Shown in pieces: positions 53,508-62,723 of a stretch of 64,000 bases of DNA (positions are counted from its first letter, which is position 1; every line of letters begins with the position of its first letter). The stretch lies in NCBI GenBank assembly GCA_049964835.1, contig JBMFWW010000001.1, positions 67,589 through 131,588 on the forward strand, given 5' to 3'. A model generated the notes under the pieces. The model was not told where the DNA came from. It made no database searches and was given only the letters and a program-made list of their open reading frames with translations. A program made the translations under genes and the position numbers. The stretch is from Candidatus Micrarchaeia archaeon. GTDB lineage: Archaea; Micrarchaeota; Micrarchaeia; Micrarchaeales; CABMGC01.

Positions 53508-54341
53508 TTATACGCTTGCAATATTTTTATACTCTAACAACTCTTTTTTATTTATTCCTTTTAAGCATTTTTCTCCAGAAATTAGGTACTCTTTGTTAAG
53601 AAGTTTTGCTTTACTTATCGCATCTTCTTCTTTTATTCCTGAAGCAGTTAAGCTATTTACTATATTTGGTCTATTCTTTTCAGATGACTTTTTTTCATCA
53701 CGTGCAAGAATATAATCATCAATGTCATCCTTTATTTGAAATGCCATGCCAAAATTATATCCGAACTCTTTTAACTCATTGGCCTCTTTTTGATTTTTAT
53801 ATATTGCAGGTAACGAGATAGCAGTTTCAATAAGGGAGGTGCTTTTTAATTCTGATATATTAAAGTAGTCCTTTAATTTTGGTACCTCCCTATTTTTTTG
53901 GAATTCAAAATCAAGAGACTCGCCTGCAGCCATCTTCATCGCAGTTACTGCCATAATATCAATAACTTTTTTTCCATAAGAAGAAGCACGTCTAATAGCT
54001 TCAGATATTAATGCATCGCCAGCAAGTAAAGCTATTTCATTTCCAAATTTTACATGTGTTGCATTGACTCCTCTTCTATACAAATCTTTATCTATTAAAT
54101 CATCATGTATTAGTGAAGAGGTATGTAAAAGTTCTATTGAAATTGACATATCTATAACTTCTTCTGGATCTATTCCAGAGTACAATGCACCTAAAAAAAC
54201 TAAGCTAGGCCTTAATAATTTTCCACCCTCTTTTAATAGATAAGAGGATGAATCGTAAAGCTTTTTGTTAAAAAAGTCTTTTTTGTCAATACTAACTAAC
54301 GTCTTCCTTGTCTTTTTAAGATACTCTTCTATATTGTCCAA
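53508..54341 (-). CDS. polyprenyl diphosphate synthase (trans-IPPS)
   Basis: First Asp-rich motif LIHDDLID and second FQIKDDIDD. Confidence 0.85.
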   Translation of the reverse strand: MDNIEEYLKKTRKTLVSIDKKDFFNKKLYDSSSYLLKEGGKLLRPSLVFLGALYSGIDPEEVIDMSISIELLHTSSLIHDDLIDKDLYRRGVNATHVKFGNEIALLAGDALISEAIRRASSYGKKVIDIMAVTAMKMAAGESLDFEFQKNREVPKLKDYFNISELKSTSLIETAISLPAIYKNQKEANELKEFGYNFGMAFQIKDDIDDYILARDEKKSSEKNRPNIVNSLTASGIKEEDAISKAKLLNKEYLISGEKCLKGINKKELLEYKNIASV

Positions 54342-54350
54342 AGGTACTCC

Positions 54351-55250
54351 TCATATCAAAAATGCAATGCTTATAAGCAGCTCTAATAAAAGTGCACTTA
54401 AAGCATTTAATCCCATCGTTTTTTCATGGTTTTTAGGATTCTTATAATTAGAAATTCCTCTCCATACTTTATAATATAAAGGTAAAACTATTAATGTTAT
54501 CAAAAATGTTATAGGTAAAAATCTAGTTGCTATGCCTATAAGTATTAATCCTATTGCAATAACCTGAAATACTACATATAATTTTGATGCCATTTTTTTA
54601 TGTGATAGCATTATCACCATATTTCGTCTACCATACTTTTTATCTACCTTTTTATCAGGTAGTTCATTTGCAATCATTGCAACACCTACCTGTAATCCGG
54701 CTGGAAGACATGCAAAAAGAAGTAGTGGATATGCATTTACAACACTGTTTTGTGCTACTAAGAAGACAGCTAAACCAACTATTGCAAAAGACAGAACTAC
54801 AAACGGCTCTGCAAAAAATGGTACGTGCGTCAGATATCTTGCGTAAAAAACAGTAGCTACGAACCCAAACATCATTATTAAAAATATAATTGTAGCTATG
54901 CCTGCGCTTAAAAATCCTAATATATAAATTCCTATAACTGCGGCTATAATCAAAGCTACAACCGCAACTGCTAATATCCCTTTAGTTGTAACAGAGTTTC
55001 CTACAACAAGCGCACTTCCACCACTAAACTTTGTTTTTACAGTTTCTTTATCTATACCTATCTTATAATCAACATAATCGTCTATAAGGTTAACAGTTAT
55101 CTGGACTATTATTACTCCAATTATTGCTAGTATTCCAAGATAAAAATTTACAACTTTTAAGTATATTGCAGCTGAAAGGCCTACAAAGGAAGACAGAAAA
55201 CCAAAAAGAAGAGTAGGTTCAAAAATCTCTATAATATAATCTTTAATCAT
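54351..55250 (-). CDS. menA: UbiA-family aromatic prenyltransferase (MenA-like)
   Basis: NLIDDYVDYKIGID (NxxxDxxxD) and the second motif ELPDKKVDKKYG, in a polytopic protein. Adjacent to the polyprenyl synthase and ubiE. Confidence 0.75.
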   Translation of the reverse strand: MIKDYIIEIFEPTLLFGFLSSFVGLSAAIYLKVVNFYLGILAIIGVIIVQITVNLIDDYVDYKIGIDKETVKTKFSGGSALVVGNSVTTKGILAVAVVALIIAAVIGIYILGFLSAGIATIIFLIMMFGFVATVFYARYLTHVPFFAEPFVVLSFAIVGLAVFLVAQNSVVNAYPLLLFACLPAGLQVGVAMIANELPDKKVDKKYGRRNMVIMLSHKKMASKLYVVFQVIAIGLILIGIATRFLPITFLITLIVLPLYYKVWRGISNYKNPKNHEKTMGLNALSALLLELLISIAFLI

Positions 55251-55326
55251 TTAATCAATTATTATTAATAAATAAATCTTTTAATACTTATTCATTAAAT
55301 ACTATAATTGCATGTAGTGTTATTTT

Positions 55327-56805
55327 ATGCATAAATATGAGATTAAAGTTTTAGAATTTCTAAAGAATAAAGACTTTGTAACTCTAGAAGAAGTAATTAA
55401 AAATACAAATCTAGGAAAAGACGAAGTTAACTGGACTATTGAAAATCTAATTAATTTATCTCTAATAGATGTGGAAAAGAAAAATATTATTTCTATTTCA
55501 TTTACGCAAGAAGGTTCTTCTTATCTTAAAAAAATGCTTCCTGAAGATGAGCTTTTAGAAAAGGTAAAATCAAAAAATTCAATAAATGTTAAAAGCATCA
55601 CTGAAAATTCTGAAAAAATAGGATTACAATGGTGCATAAAAAAAGGCTTTGTGAGAATCAAAAATGGTGTAATTGAGCTTACAGAAAAAGGCGAAAAGGA
55701 AAAACTTCCTTCTAAAGAATCTACATTTTTTAAATCTCTGGAAATTCATAATTCCAAAGCTGGAAAATTGTCAGATAATGAAAAAGAGCTAATAAAGCAG
55801 TTTACTTCAAGAGGTTTACTAGATTTTAAAGAGAAAAGTATAATATCTACTATTAGAATTAATAAAAAAGGAGAAGATGCACTAAAGCAAAACTTTGAGA
55901 ATAAAATTGATGAAGTAACAAAAGATGTAATAAAGAGTTCTGATTTAGACTCTTTGAAGTTCAAAAAATATGATGTATCTGTTCCTGTTCAAAGGCAATT
56001 AACTTCGCTTAGGCATCCCCTGCGTTTATTGATTAACGATGTCAAAACCGTTTTTACTCAAATGGGTTTTACTGAGATATCAGGTCCAATAGTTGAGCCA
56101 TCTTTTTGGGTTTTTGATTCATTATTTGTTCCACAAGATCATCCTGCTAGAGAAACTCAAGATACATTTCATTTATCTAATCCAGAGTCTATAGAGATAG
56201 ATGATAAAGATTATTTCAATAAAATAAAGAAGGTAAATCAAAAGTCATGGAAGATAAAATGGAATGATGAAGAAGCAAAATCAGCAGTTCTCAGAACTCA
56301 GATGACTAGTGTATCTGTTCGTTATATAAGTAATTTAGTAAAACAAATAACTACAAATCCAGATATCCTACTGCCGCAAAAGCTCTTTACAGTAGGTAGG
56401 GTATTCAGAAATGAAAATTTAGACTACAAGCATCTTACCGACTTTTATCAAGTAGATGGCATAATAATAGGTAAGAATCTTACAATGGCAAACTTATTTG
56501 ATACTCTTTCAACATTTTATAAAAGCTTTGATTTAAACGTAAGATTTAAACCTGCATACTTTCCATTTGTAGAGCCAGGCGCTGAAATTTTCACACAGTT
56601 AGATAAAAGTGGTGAGTGGCTAGAAATAGGCGGTTCTGGAATAATACGTAGAGAGATAACTGGCATGAAAAGAAAGAATTTAACTGTATTGGCATGGGGG
56701 CTTGGCATCGAAAGGATGCTTCTTCTCAAAGAAAAGAGCATTAAGAGCATAACAGAATTTTACAACAATGATCTGGGCTGGTTGAGGAATAGAACCTTGA
56801 GGTAA
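55327..56805 (+). CDS. pheS: phenylalanyl-tRNA synthetase alpha subunit
   Basis: N-terminal wHTH repeats, then the class II core: HPLRLLINDV, FVPQDHPARETQDTF, FRNENLDYKHLTDFYQVDG and GLGIERM. Confidence 0.9.
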   Translation: MHKYEIKVLEFLKNKDFVTLEEVIKNTNLGKDEVNWTIENLINLSLIDVEKKNIISISFTQEGSSYLKKMLPEDELLEKVKSKNSINVKSITENSEKIGLQWCIKKGFVRIKNGVIELTEKGEKEKLPSKESTFFKSLEIHNSKAGKLSDNEKELIKQFTSRGLLDFKEKSIISTIRINKKGEDALKQNFENKIDEVTKDVIKSSDLDSLKFKKYDVSVPVQRQLTSLRHPLRLLINDVKTVFTQMGFTEISGPIVEPSFWVFDSLFVPQDHPARETQDTFHLSNPESIEIDDKDYFNKIKKVNQKSWKIKWNDEEAKSAVLRTQMTSVSVRYISNLVKQITTNPDILLPQKLFTVGRVFRNENLDYKHLTDFYQVDGIIIGKNLTMANLFDTLSTFYKSFDLNVRFKPAYFPFVEPGAEIFTQLDKSGEWLEIGGSGIIRREITGMKRKNLTVLAWGLGIERMLLLKEKSIKSITEFYNNDLGWLRNRTLR

Positions 56806-56809
56806 TATT

Positions 56810-58459
56810 ATGCCAAATGTAACATTTGAATTAAAATATCTTATGAGTCTTATAAGTCCATCTATAGAAAAAGATAAACTTCAAGAAATAGTGTATAATT
56901 TAGGTTTGGAAGTAGAGCATATAAACGATAAGGAAATAACCTTAGAAGTTACTTCAAACAGGCCCGATCTATTTTCAATTTATGGTCTTGCAAGAGCAAT
57001 AAGAAATTACCTTCACATAAATAAAAAATTTAATTATGAATTAATAAAGGAAAATGAAAAGCCATATCTTTCAATAATAGTTTCACAAGAAATGAAAAAA
57101 GCAAAACAGTTCATATCTGGTTTTGTTGCAAACGGAATAACATTTAATGATCAATTGTTATCAGAAGTATTCAATTTTTCAGAGAAATTTTCAGATACAA
57201 TAGGAAGAAAAAGAAGAAAAGCAGCCATAGGCATACATGATCTTGATAAAATAAAGGGAGATGTAAAATTTGAATTTTCAAAAGACGAAAACTTTTCATA
57301 TCTTAATAGTAAAAATGAAGAAAAATTTAGTTATGTGCTCAAAAATACCGAAAAAGGCAGAGAATATACTCAAGCTATCCCTAAAAATAATGATGGGAGA
57401 TATCCTGTATTAAAAGATGAAGAAGGATTTATTGCTTTTGTTCCAATACTAAATTCAAATAGAACTGCAGTAACTAAAAATACCAAGAATGTTTTTGTGG
57501 AGATAACTGGGTCATCTCAAGATATGGTAGAAAGGGCAAACAATTTACTTGCAATAACCTTTTCAGAATTTTCAGATTCTATAAAACCAATATCTATAAA
57601 GGGCAACAATAAAATCCAAAAAATGCCTGAACTAGTACAAAAATACATCTCCATACCTATGTCCCAAATTGAATATGAGATAGGGGTTTCAATAGGTTTC
57701 AACAATATAATCTCATTAGCAAATAAAATGGGCTATGACGCTGCGTTGCTAGGTAGAAATATACGTTTTAGTATACCAGAATACAGATTAGACATACTTA
57801 ACGAGCAAGATATAATTGAGGATATAGCAATAGCATACGGTTACGATTATATTAATAACATACCTGTACCATCAATATCAAAAGGCAAATTTTTATTACA
57901 TCATTATTTATTTGAAAATATCTCCAATACACTTGTAGGTATGGGTTTTTCAGAATCTATGTCTACATATCTAACAAATGAAAGCAAAAACTTTTCAGAT
58001 ATGTGTATCAAAATACCAGATGCTGATAGTTATATACGACTTAAAGATTCTAAATCAACATCACTTTCAATGGCCAGAACCTGGCTATTGCCATCATTAC
58101 TTAATGTTATATCTTCAAGTAAGCATGAAAAGTTTCCACAAAAGGTATTTGAGTTAGATTTAGTTTTTAATCTAAATAATAAAAAACCATCAGAGTCATA
58201 TCATATTGCCGGCGTAAGTTCAGGAAACAAGCAAAACTTCAATGACATCAAGAGCGTTGTTGAGTCGTTGCTTACAATAAACAATTTAGTCTTCACCATT
58301 GAGGAAGATTCAAGACCAACATTTATAGAAGGAAGATGCGCATCAATAATAATTAATGGTGTGAAAAAGGGCTTCATGGGTGAGATATCCCCTAAGGTTT
58401 TACAAAACTTTGGCATTGATGAACCTACCATAGCATTCGAAATAAACCTTTCTAATTGA
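56810..58459 (+). CDS. pheT: phenylalanyl-tRNA synthetase beta subunit
   Basis: 549 aa immediately after pheS. Archaeal B3/B4 and B5 domain order, with TSNRPDLFSIYGLARAIR. Confidence 0.9.
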   Translation: MPNVTFELKYLMSLISPSIEKDKLQEIVYNLGLEVEHINDKEITLEVTSNRPDLFSIYGLARAIRNYLHINKKFNYELIKENEKPYLSIIVSQEMKKAKQFISGFVANGITFNDQLLSEVFNFSEKFSDTIGRKRRKAAIGIHDLDKIKGDVKFEFSKDENFSYLNSKNEEKFSYVLKNTEKGREYTQAIPKNNDGRYPVLKDEEGFIAFVPILNSNRTAVTKNTKNVFVEITGSSQDMVERANNLLAITFSEFSDSIKPISIKGNNKIQKMPELVQKYISIPMSQIEYEIGVSIGFNNIISLANKMGYDAALLGRNIRFSIPEYRLDILNEQDIIEDIAIAYGYDYINNIPVPSISKGKFLLHHYLFENISNTLVGMGFSESMSTYLTNESKNFSDMCIKIPDADSYIRLKDSKSTSLSMARTWLLPSLLNVISSSKHEKFPQKVFELDLVFNLNNKKPSESYHIAGVSSGNKQNFNDIKSVVESLLTINNLVFTIEEDSRPTFIEGRCASIIINGVKKGFMGEISPKVLQNFGIDEPTIAFEINLSN

Positions 58460-58460
58460 T

Positions 58461-59693
58461 TTACTTGATTTTTCTTCCGAGTATAACTTCAACATCATCT
58501 TCAAAAAGACCCATACTAAAAGCAAGACTATCTAATGTTTCATCTTTGCCAAACTTTTTCATTGAGTTCTCTATTGAAATTTTAAGTATCGGAAAGTAGT
58601 TTCCAATTATCTTTTTTCTATTTGTGTGAAAGATTGGAGAAAGCTTATCCGCAATTTCCTTTAATGTTCCTCTTTCTGTTTTTGTACTCCCCATATACCT
58701 TATGTTATTTGGGAAAGAATAACCTTTAAGCATTGAGACTCTTCCTTTTGAGGATAGTGCTATACCTGCAGAAGCGATAGTGCTCGCATATTTAAAATAT
58801 TCATAATGATTTGTTCTAGATGCTCGTTCATAATATCTACTTGCTGTTGCGAGATTTGAGTATGCGTTATCTATATCAAATTTAGACAGATATCTTTTTG
58901 TTACATTTTCATCTATCCAATTTATTAACATTCCAATATCGAGATCACTTTTAGACATACTGTTTCTTGCTATGTCAAAATTTTTACTTAAAAATATTTT
59001 ATCTAAAACTCCAAAGATCTCTATTTTTCTATCTCTTATACCTATATTTTCAAGCAGAGAGTCATCTGCATTTATCATTACTTCTAAATCGTTAATTGCA
59101 CCCCTAACATCACCGTCAGATCTCTTTGCAATTTCATTTATTATCTCATTTTTCATATCTACATTTTCTTTTTTTATTATATCCGTTAAATGTTTTTTAA
59201 TTTCATCAATACTTACCTTTTTAAATTCAACTTTATCTACTGCCATTCTTAGATAGCTAATATTCTTATCCCAAAAATCAGTCGCGGTAAATATTATCGG
59301 CTGCTTAGAGTTTTTTATAAGATTTCTTACTACTTTTTCAGCTCCTGCATCTAATTTTTTAGATAATTCATCAATTTCATCAAGAAGAATTAATATATTT
59401 TTATTAAAAAGGCCTCTGCTTTTGCTTGCAGGAACAAGAACTTTTTCTAAAGTATTTACATCCCTATAATCACTTGCATTAAGCTCAAGAAGTTCAAATC
59501 CATTTCCATATGCTAATGCCTGTGCGGCAGCAGTCTTACCTGTGCCTGAAGGTCCAAAAAGCATAAGTGGTCTTGGGCCTGCACTAGCATGTATTGCCTG
59601 TGAAAATTCAAAAAGTTTAGATATTGCCTCATTGTTTCCTATTATGCCATTTATTGTTTTAGGAGCATATTTGTCGGCAAGCATTAAAATCAC
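58461..59693 (-). CDS. rfcL: replication factor C large subunit
   Basis: DKYAPKTINGIIGN, Walker A GPSGTGKT, Walker B LLDEID, and sensor GDVRGAINDL. Confidence 0.85.
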   Translation of the reverse strand: MILMLADKYAPKTINGIIGNNEAISKLFEFSQAIHASAGPRPLMLFGPSGTGKTAAAQALAYGNGFELLELNASDYRDVNTLEKVLVPASKSRGLFNKNILILLDEIDELSKKLDAGAEKVVRNLIKNSKQPIIFTATDFWDKNISYLRMAVDKVEFKKVSIDEIKKHLTDIIKKENVDMKNEIINEIAKRSDGDVRGAINDLEVMINADDSLLENIGIRDRKIEIFGVLDKIFLSKNFDIARNSMSKSDLDIGMLINWIDENVTKRYLSKFDIDNAYSNLATASRYYERASRTNHYEYFKYASTIASAGIALSSKGRVSMLKGYSFPNNIRYMGSTKTERGTLKEIADKLSPIFHTNRKKIIGNYFPILKISIENSMKKFGKDETLDSLAFSMGLFEDDVEVILGRKIK

Positions 59694-59737
59694 AAAACAT
59701 ATATATAATTTGTAACAAATATTCTAAATATCTTTCA

Positions 59738-59812
59738 GCTCCGATCGTCTAGCCCGGTCAAGGACGAAGCCCTCTCACGGCTTAAACCTGGGTCCAAATC
59801 CCAGTCGGAGCA
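59738..59812 (+). tRNA. tRNA-Glu (CUC)
   Basis: Acceptor GCTCCGA/TCGGAGC, D stem GTCT/GGAC, anticodon stem AAGCC/GGCTT with loop CTCTCAC, T arm CTGGG-TCCAAAT-CCCAG, discriminator A. Confidence 0.9.
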
Positions 59813-59927
59813 TTTTTATGATTTTTATTTTTAATTTGAATTATTATAACCATAAGTCTTGTAAATTTTTAATAAGATAATAATAAATAATCAAATAACT
59901 TACTAATCAATATTATTATAAAATAAT

Positions 59928-60029
59928 GGGCTCTTAGCTCAGGAGCAGAGCGTTCCGTTCGCAAGAAATCCTTAGAAAAGGTTTCATCGAAATACGGAAA
60001 GGTCGCGGGTGCGAATCCCGCAGAGTCCA
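59928..60029 (+). tRNA. tRNA-Ala (CGC) with a 30-nt intron at the canonical 37/38 position (59964-59993)
   Basis: Acceptor GGGCTCT/AGAGTCC including the G3:U70 alanine identity pair, D stem GCTC/GAGC, anticodon stem TTCCG/CGGAA, anticodon CGC at 59960-59962. The intron contains an AATCCTT/AAGGTTT helix. T arm GCGGG-TGCGAAT-CCCGC. Confidence 0.85.
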
Positions 60030-60145
60030 ATAAACTCTTTGAGAAAGAGTTTAATCAGAAAGCCCTCGTAATTAGTAAATAACTTGTGCTCTTGATAAAA
60101 ATATTACATATTATAATATTATATTTAATTGTTACTAGTTATTTT

Positions 60146-60177
60146 GTGACATCCTCACACAGCTAAAGCATGTGGAC
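60146..60177 (+). repeat. conserved ~32-nt element, copy 2 (GTGACATCCTCACACAGCTAAAGCATGTGGAC)
   Basis: Matches the minus strand of 27819-27850. It lies about 115 nt after tRNA-Ala and about 70 nt before the 60248 ORF. Confidence 0.55.
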
Positions 60178-60247
60178 TTTACGCCTACTTTGATAATAAA
60201 CAATACCATAATAAGTAATATATATCAAAAAACATATCTTTATACAC

Positions 60248-61954
60248 ATGAACTTTAGGATTAAGGTACAGACAAACCTTGGAACTTTTTTGTGTACCCC
60301 TGTTCAAACTGCGGCTAAGGTAGATTTAGAACATGGTAAAGAGTACATACACGTGGGCGATTTAAGAAAAGGAGATCAAGTATATGTAAGCAAGACTGTC
60401 TCAGAAAAGATTACCTTAGAAGATCACATAATTCCAACATTATGGTCAAGCTCTGAATTTTATAGGAAAGACAGAGGCCAACTTTTCAGGATAGGGACAA
60501 CAGAAGTTCCTAACGAAACTTTATTAAGTTATCATTTAAATAAGATTTTATACCAACATGGTGAAAGATCTGATGCTGCAAAAATAATACATAATACAAT
60601 AAAATTAATGCCTGAAAATCTTCATTATTCATATTCTGCGGTTGTTGCTTGGCTTAATAATGAAGTCATGTTTCCTGAGAAACCCGAAGTACTTCTTAAG
60701 CTTGCTGATACTTTTAATGCTCCATCTTTAAAAGAATGGACTTTGAGCGTATTAAATCAAGATCAGATGTCAGTAAAGCGGCTAAGAGTTATACATAGCC
60801 AGATAAGAGCAAGACTAGCTAAACCTATAGGTTCACATGAAGAATATTCTATACTAAAAAATAATGAATCAGAAGGTAAAAAGAATAATTCTAATGAACA
60901 TATAGATATAGGCAGTTTTGTAGGTTTAATACGTAAAGAGTATGGGAAAGATTTATTAAAAGAATTTGTAACTGTTGCGCAAGTTACTGAAGATCCATTA
61001 CAGGTTTCAGACAAGCTTGAAAATACCTCGGAGTTTTCTACATCTTCAAATAGTACCGGTCTAAGCAGGAAGATTATAGGTTTTTCTTACACTAAACCTG
61101 AAGAGCGATTAACTGTAATATCTAAACACGGAACAGGAATGGAAAGCAGCAAGAGATTAGAATTTGCACTTTTAAAAAGAAATGAGTTAGCAATTTTACT
61201 AATAAAAAGATTTTTCGAAATTTCAGCTCAAATAGAGCCTGGATTGATGGCTAAACATAACTATGATTTAAAAAGAAATTATACTCTGCAAATTACTATG
61301 TTCTCAAACGCTTTATTATTCAATCATACTGTAAATTTTCATTTAAACGATATAAACACATGCAAATTAATTACAAGCAGTAAAAAATTCCGTGAATGTA
61401 TGCGCCATATTTTAAGCATTACTGATAAAGATGATTTTTACGAGAAGCTAAATTTCTACTATAAAAAATTCAACAGCGTAGCTAGTCTATACTTTATTCA
61501 GTATATGAATGAGATCTATAATAAATCACTTATAGAAAAATTTGTTTTAAGCAGAGAAGAATTCTTTAGTATATTTAATATTGATATGTATGGACTTAAA
61601 AATAATCTGTCAAAATTTTTAAATTCTATCAAAGCATTAGATAAACAGGGCATTGAAAAATTAAATAAAAATATTGACGAAACAATAAAATACTTTAAGC
61701 TCTATGACCGCATTTATTATGATAGTAAATTTAATGAAATATTAAAAGAATTAAGAAATTTAAACATACCCATAGTATTTAGGCATTCACATCAAGCAGG
61801 TAGCATTAAACAGGATAATCTCGAACTTATTAAAAAGATAATGGTAGCATATGGAATATACGAAATACCTAAACTTAAATTGCACTCAAGTATTCCTATT
61901 GAAAAGAATTCAAATAAAATTGATTTTCTTACATTTAATTTATTTAATCAATAA
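60248..61954 (+). CDS. large hypothetical protein (orphan, 568 aa)
   Basis: Long uninterrupted ORF downstream of two tRNA genes. No Walker, nuclease, integrase or transposase motif recognised. The C-terminal half is helical and Lys/Asn-rich. Confidence 0.6.
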   Translation: MNFRIKVQTNLGTFLCTPVQTAAKVDLEHGKEYIHVGDLRKGDQVYVSKTVSEKITLEDHIIPTLWSSSEFYRKDRGQLFRIGTTEVPNETLLSYHLNKILYQHGERSDAAKIIHNTIKLMPENLHYSYSAVVAWLNNEVMFPEKPEVLLKLADTFNAPSLKEWTLSVLNQDQMSVKRLRVIHSQIRARLAKPIGSHEEYSILKNNESEGKKNNSNEHIDIGSFVGLIRKEYGKDLLKEFVTVAQVTEDPLQVSDKLENTSEFSTSSNSTGLSRKIIGFSYTKPEERLTVISKHGTGMESSKRLEFALLKRNELAILLIKRFFEISAQIEPGLMAKHNYDLKRNYTLQITMFSNALLFNHTVNFHLNDINTCKLITSSKKFRECMRHILSITDKDDFYEKLNFYYKKFNSVASLYFIQYMNEIYNKSLIEKFVLSREEFFSIFNIDMYGLKNNLSKFLNSIKALDKQGIEKLNKNIDETIKYFKLYDRIYYDSKFNEILKELRNLNIPIVFRHSHQAGSIKQDNLELIKKIMVAYGIYEIPKLKLHSSIPIEKNSNKIDFLTFNLFNQ

Positions 61955-61999
61955 ATGAAAAAAGTCCTAATTTTTTTAAGTAAAAATGTAGCAATTTTA

Positions 62000-62455
62000 T
62001 TATCTATTCGCATTTTTTATTTTTTCTGCTATTTCATTAAGTTCAGAAATGTTTTTATGAGGACCAATTTGGGTTGTTATATAACCTAAATATTTATCAA
62101 AATATATCTTTTCAGCTGCTAATACCTCTTCAAATTTTTCGTTTATCCCATGTATAGGATAAAGTTTTATATGTACATGATTTATTCCGAGTCCTTCCAT
62201 AACTAATGCTGTTCTTTTTACTTTCAATCCTTTATCTAACATTTTACCTACTAGTTTAGCTGCAAGCATAGCATCAGAGTACTCGGAATCAGGCATATCA
62301 AAAGCGTAGGAATCAAAGTGTTTTTTTGTAATTAGCAACGTAACTCCTTCTGTATTAGGGTTTATATCAAGTATTGCAATGTGCTTTTTATCTTCCCAGA
62401 TCTTCACTGAAGGTATTTCATTATTTACTATTTTGCAAAAAATACAATCTTCCAT
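62000..62455 (-). CDS. HIT-family (histidine triad) protein with variant triad HVHIK
   Basis: N-terminal CIFCKI zinc-like motif, and GINHVHIKLYP in place of the canonical HxHxHxx. Confidence 0.75.
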   Translation of the reverse strand: MEDCIFCKIVNNEIPSVKIWEDKKHIAILDINPNTEGVTLLITKKHFDSYAFDMPDSEYSDAMLAAKLVGKMLDKGLKVKRTALVMEGLGINHVHIKLYPIHGINEKFEEVLAAEKIYFDKYLGYITTQIGPHKNISELNEIAEKIKNANR

Positions 62456-62596
62456 AAAGTAAGTAATCCATTTTATAATATATTCTTTTCGTTTGTCTTT
62501 AATCTATTAAAAGTTTAATGATTTCTTATTATTCTAAGAAATATCTAATAATCCAATACTTTAGAACTATACTAAAATACTATAGATGGATTATAA

Positions 62597-62652
62597 AGCC
62601 TTGTTCATAAACTCCTACTTTATGGACAGATTTTGAGTTTTTAAACAAGGCT
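62597..62652. other. long imperfect hairpin (9 bp + 3x3 internal loop + 6 bp, 20-nt loop)
   Basis: AGCCTTGTT (62597-62605) pairs with AACAAGGCT (62644-62652), and AAACTC (62609-62614) pairs with GAGTTT (62635-62640). It lies in the divergent region between the HIT gene and the surface-protein gene. Confidence 0.5.
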
Positions 62653-62723
62653 AGATTATAAGAAAGCTTTATATATGAAGAAAAACAAAATATGTACGTA
62701 AGTATACAAATAGAGATGGTAAT

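Noticed and set aside
27819-60177. The inverted pair of 32-nt elements considered as boundaries of an invertible or composite mobile 32-kb segment
   Set aside because: The intervening DNA is core housekeeping (glyS, gatCAB, aspS, the nuo genes, pheST, rfcL). The repeats are short and only about 75 percent identical, and no recombinase is present.
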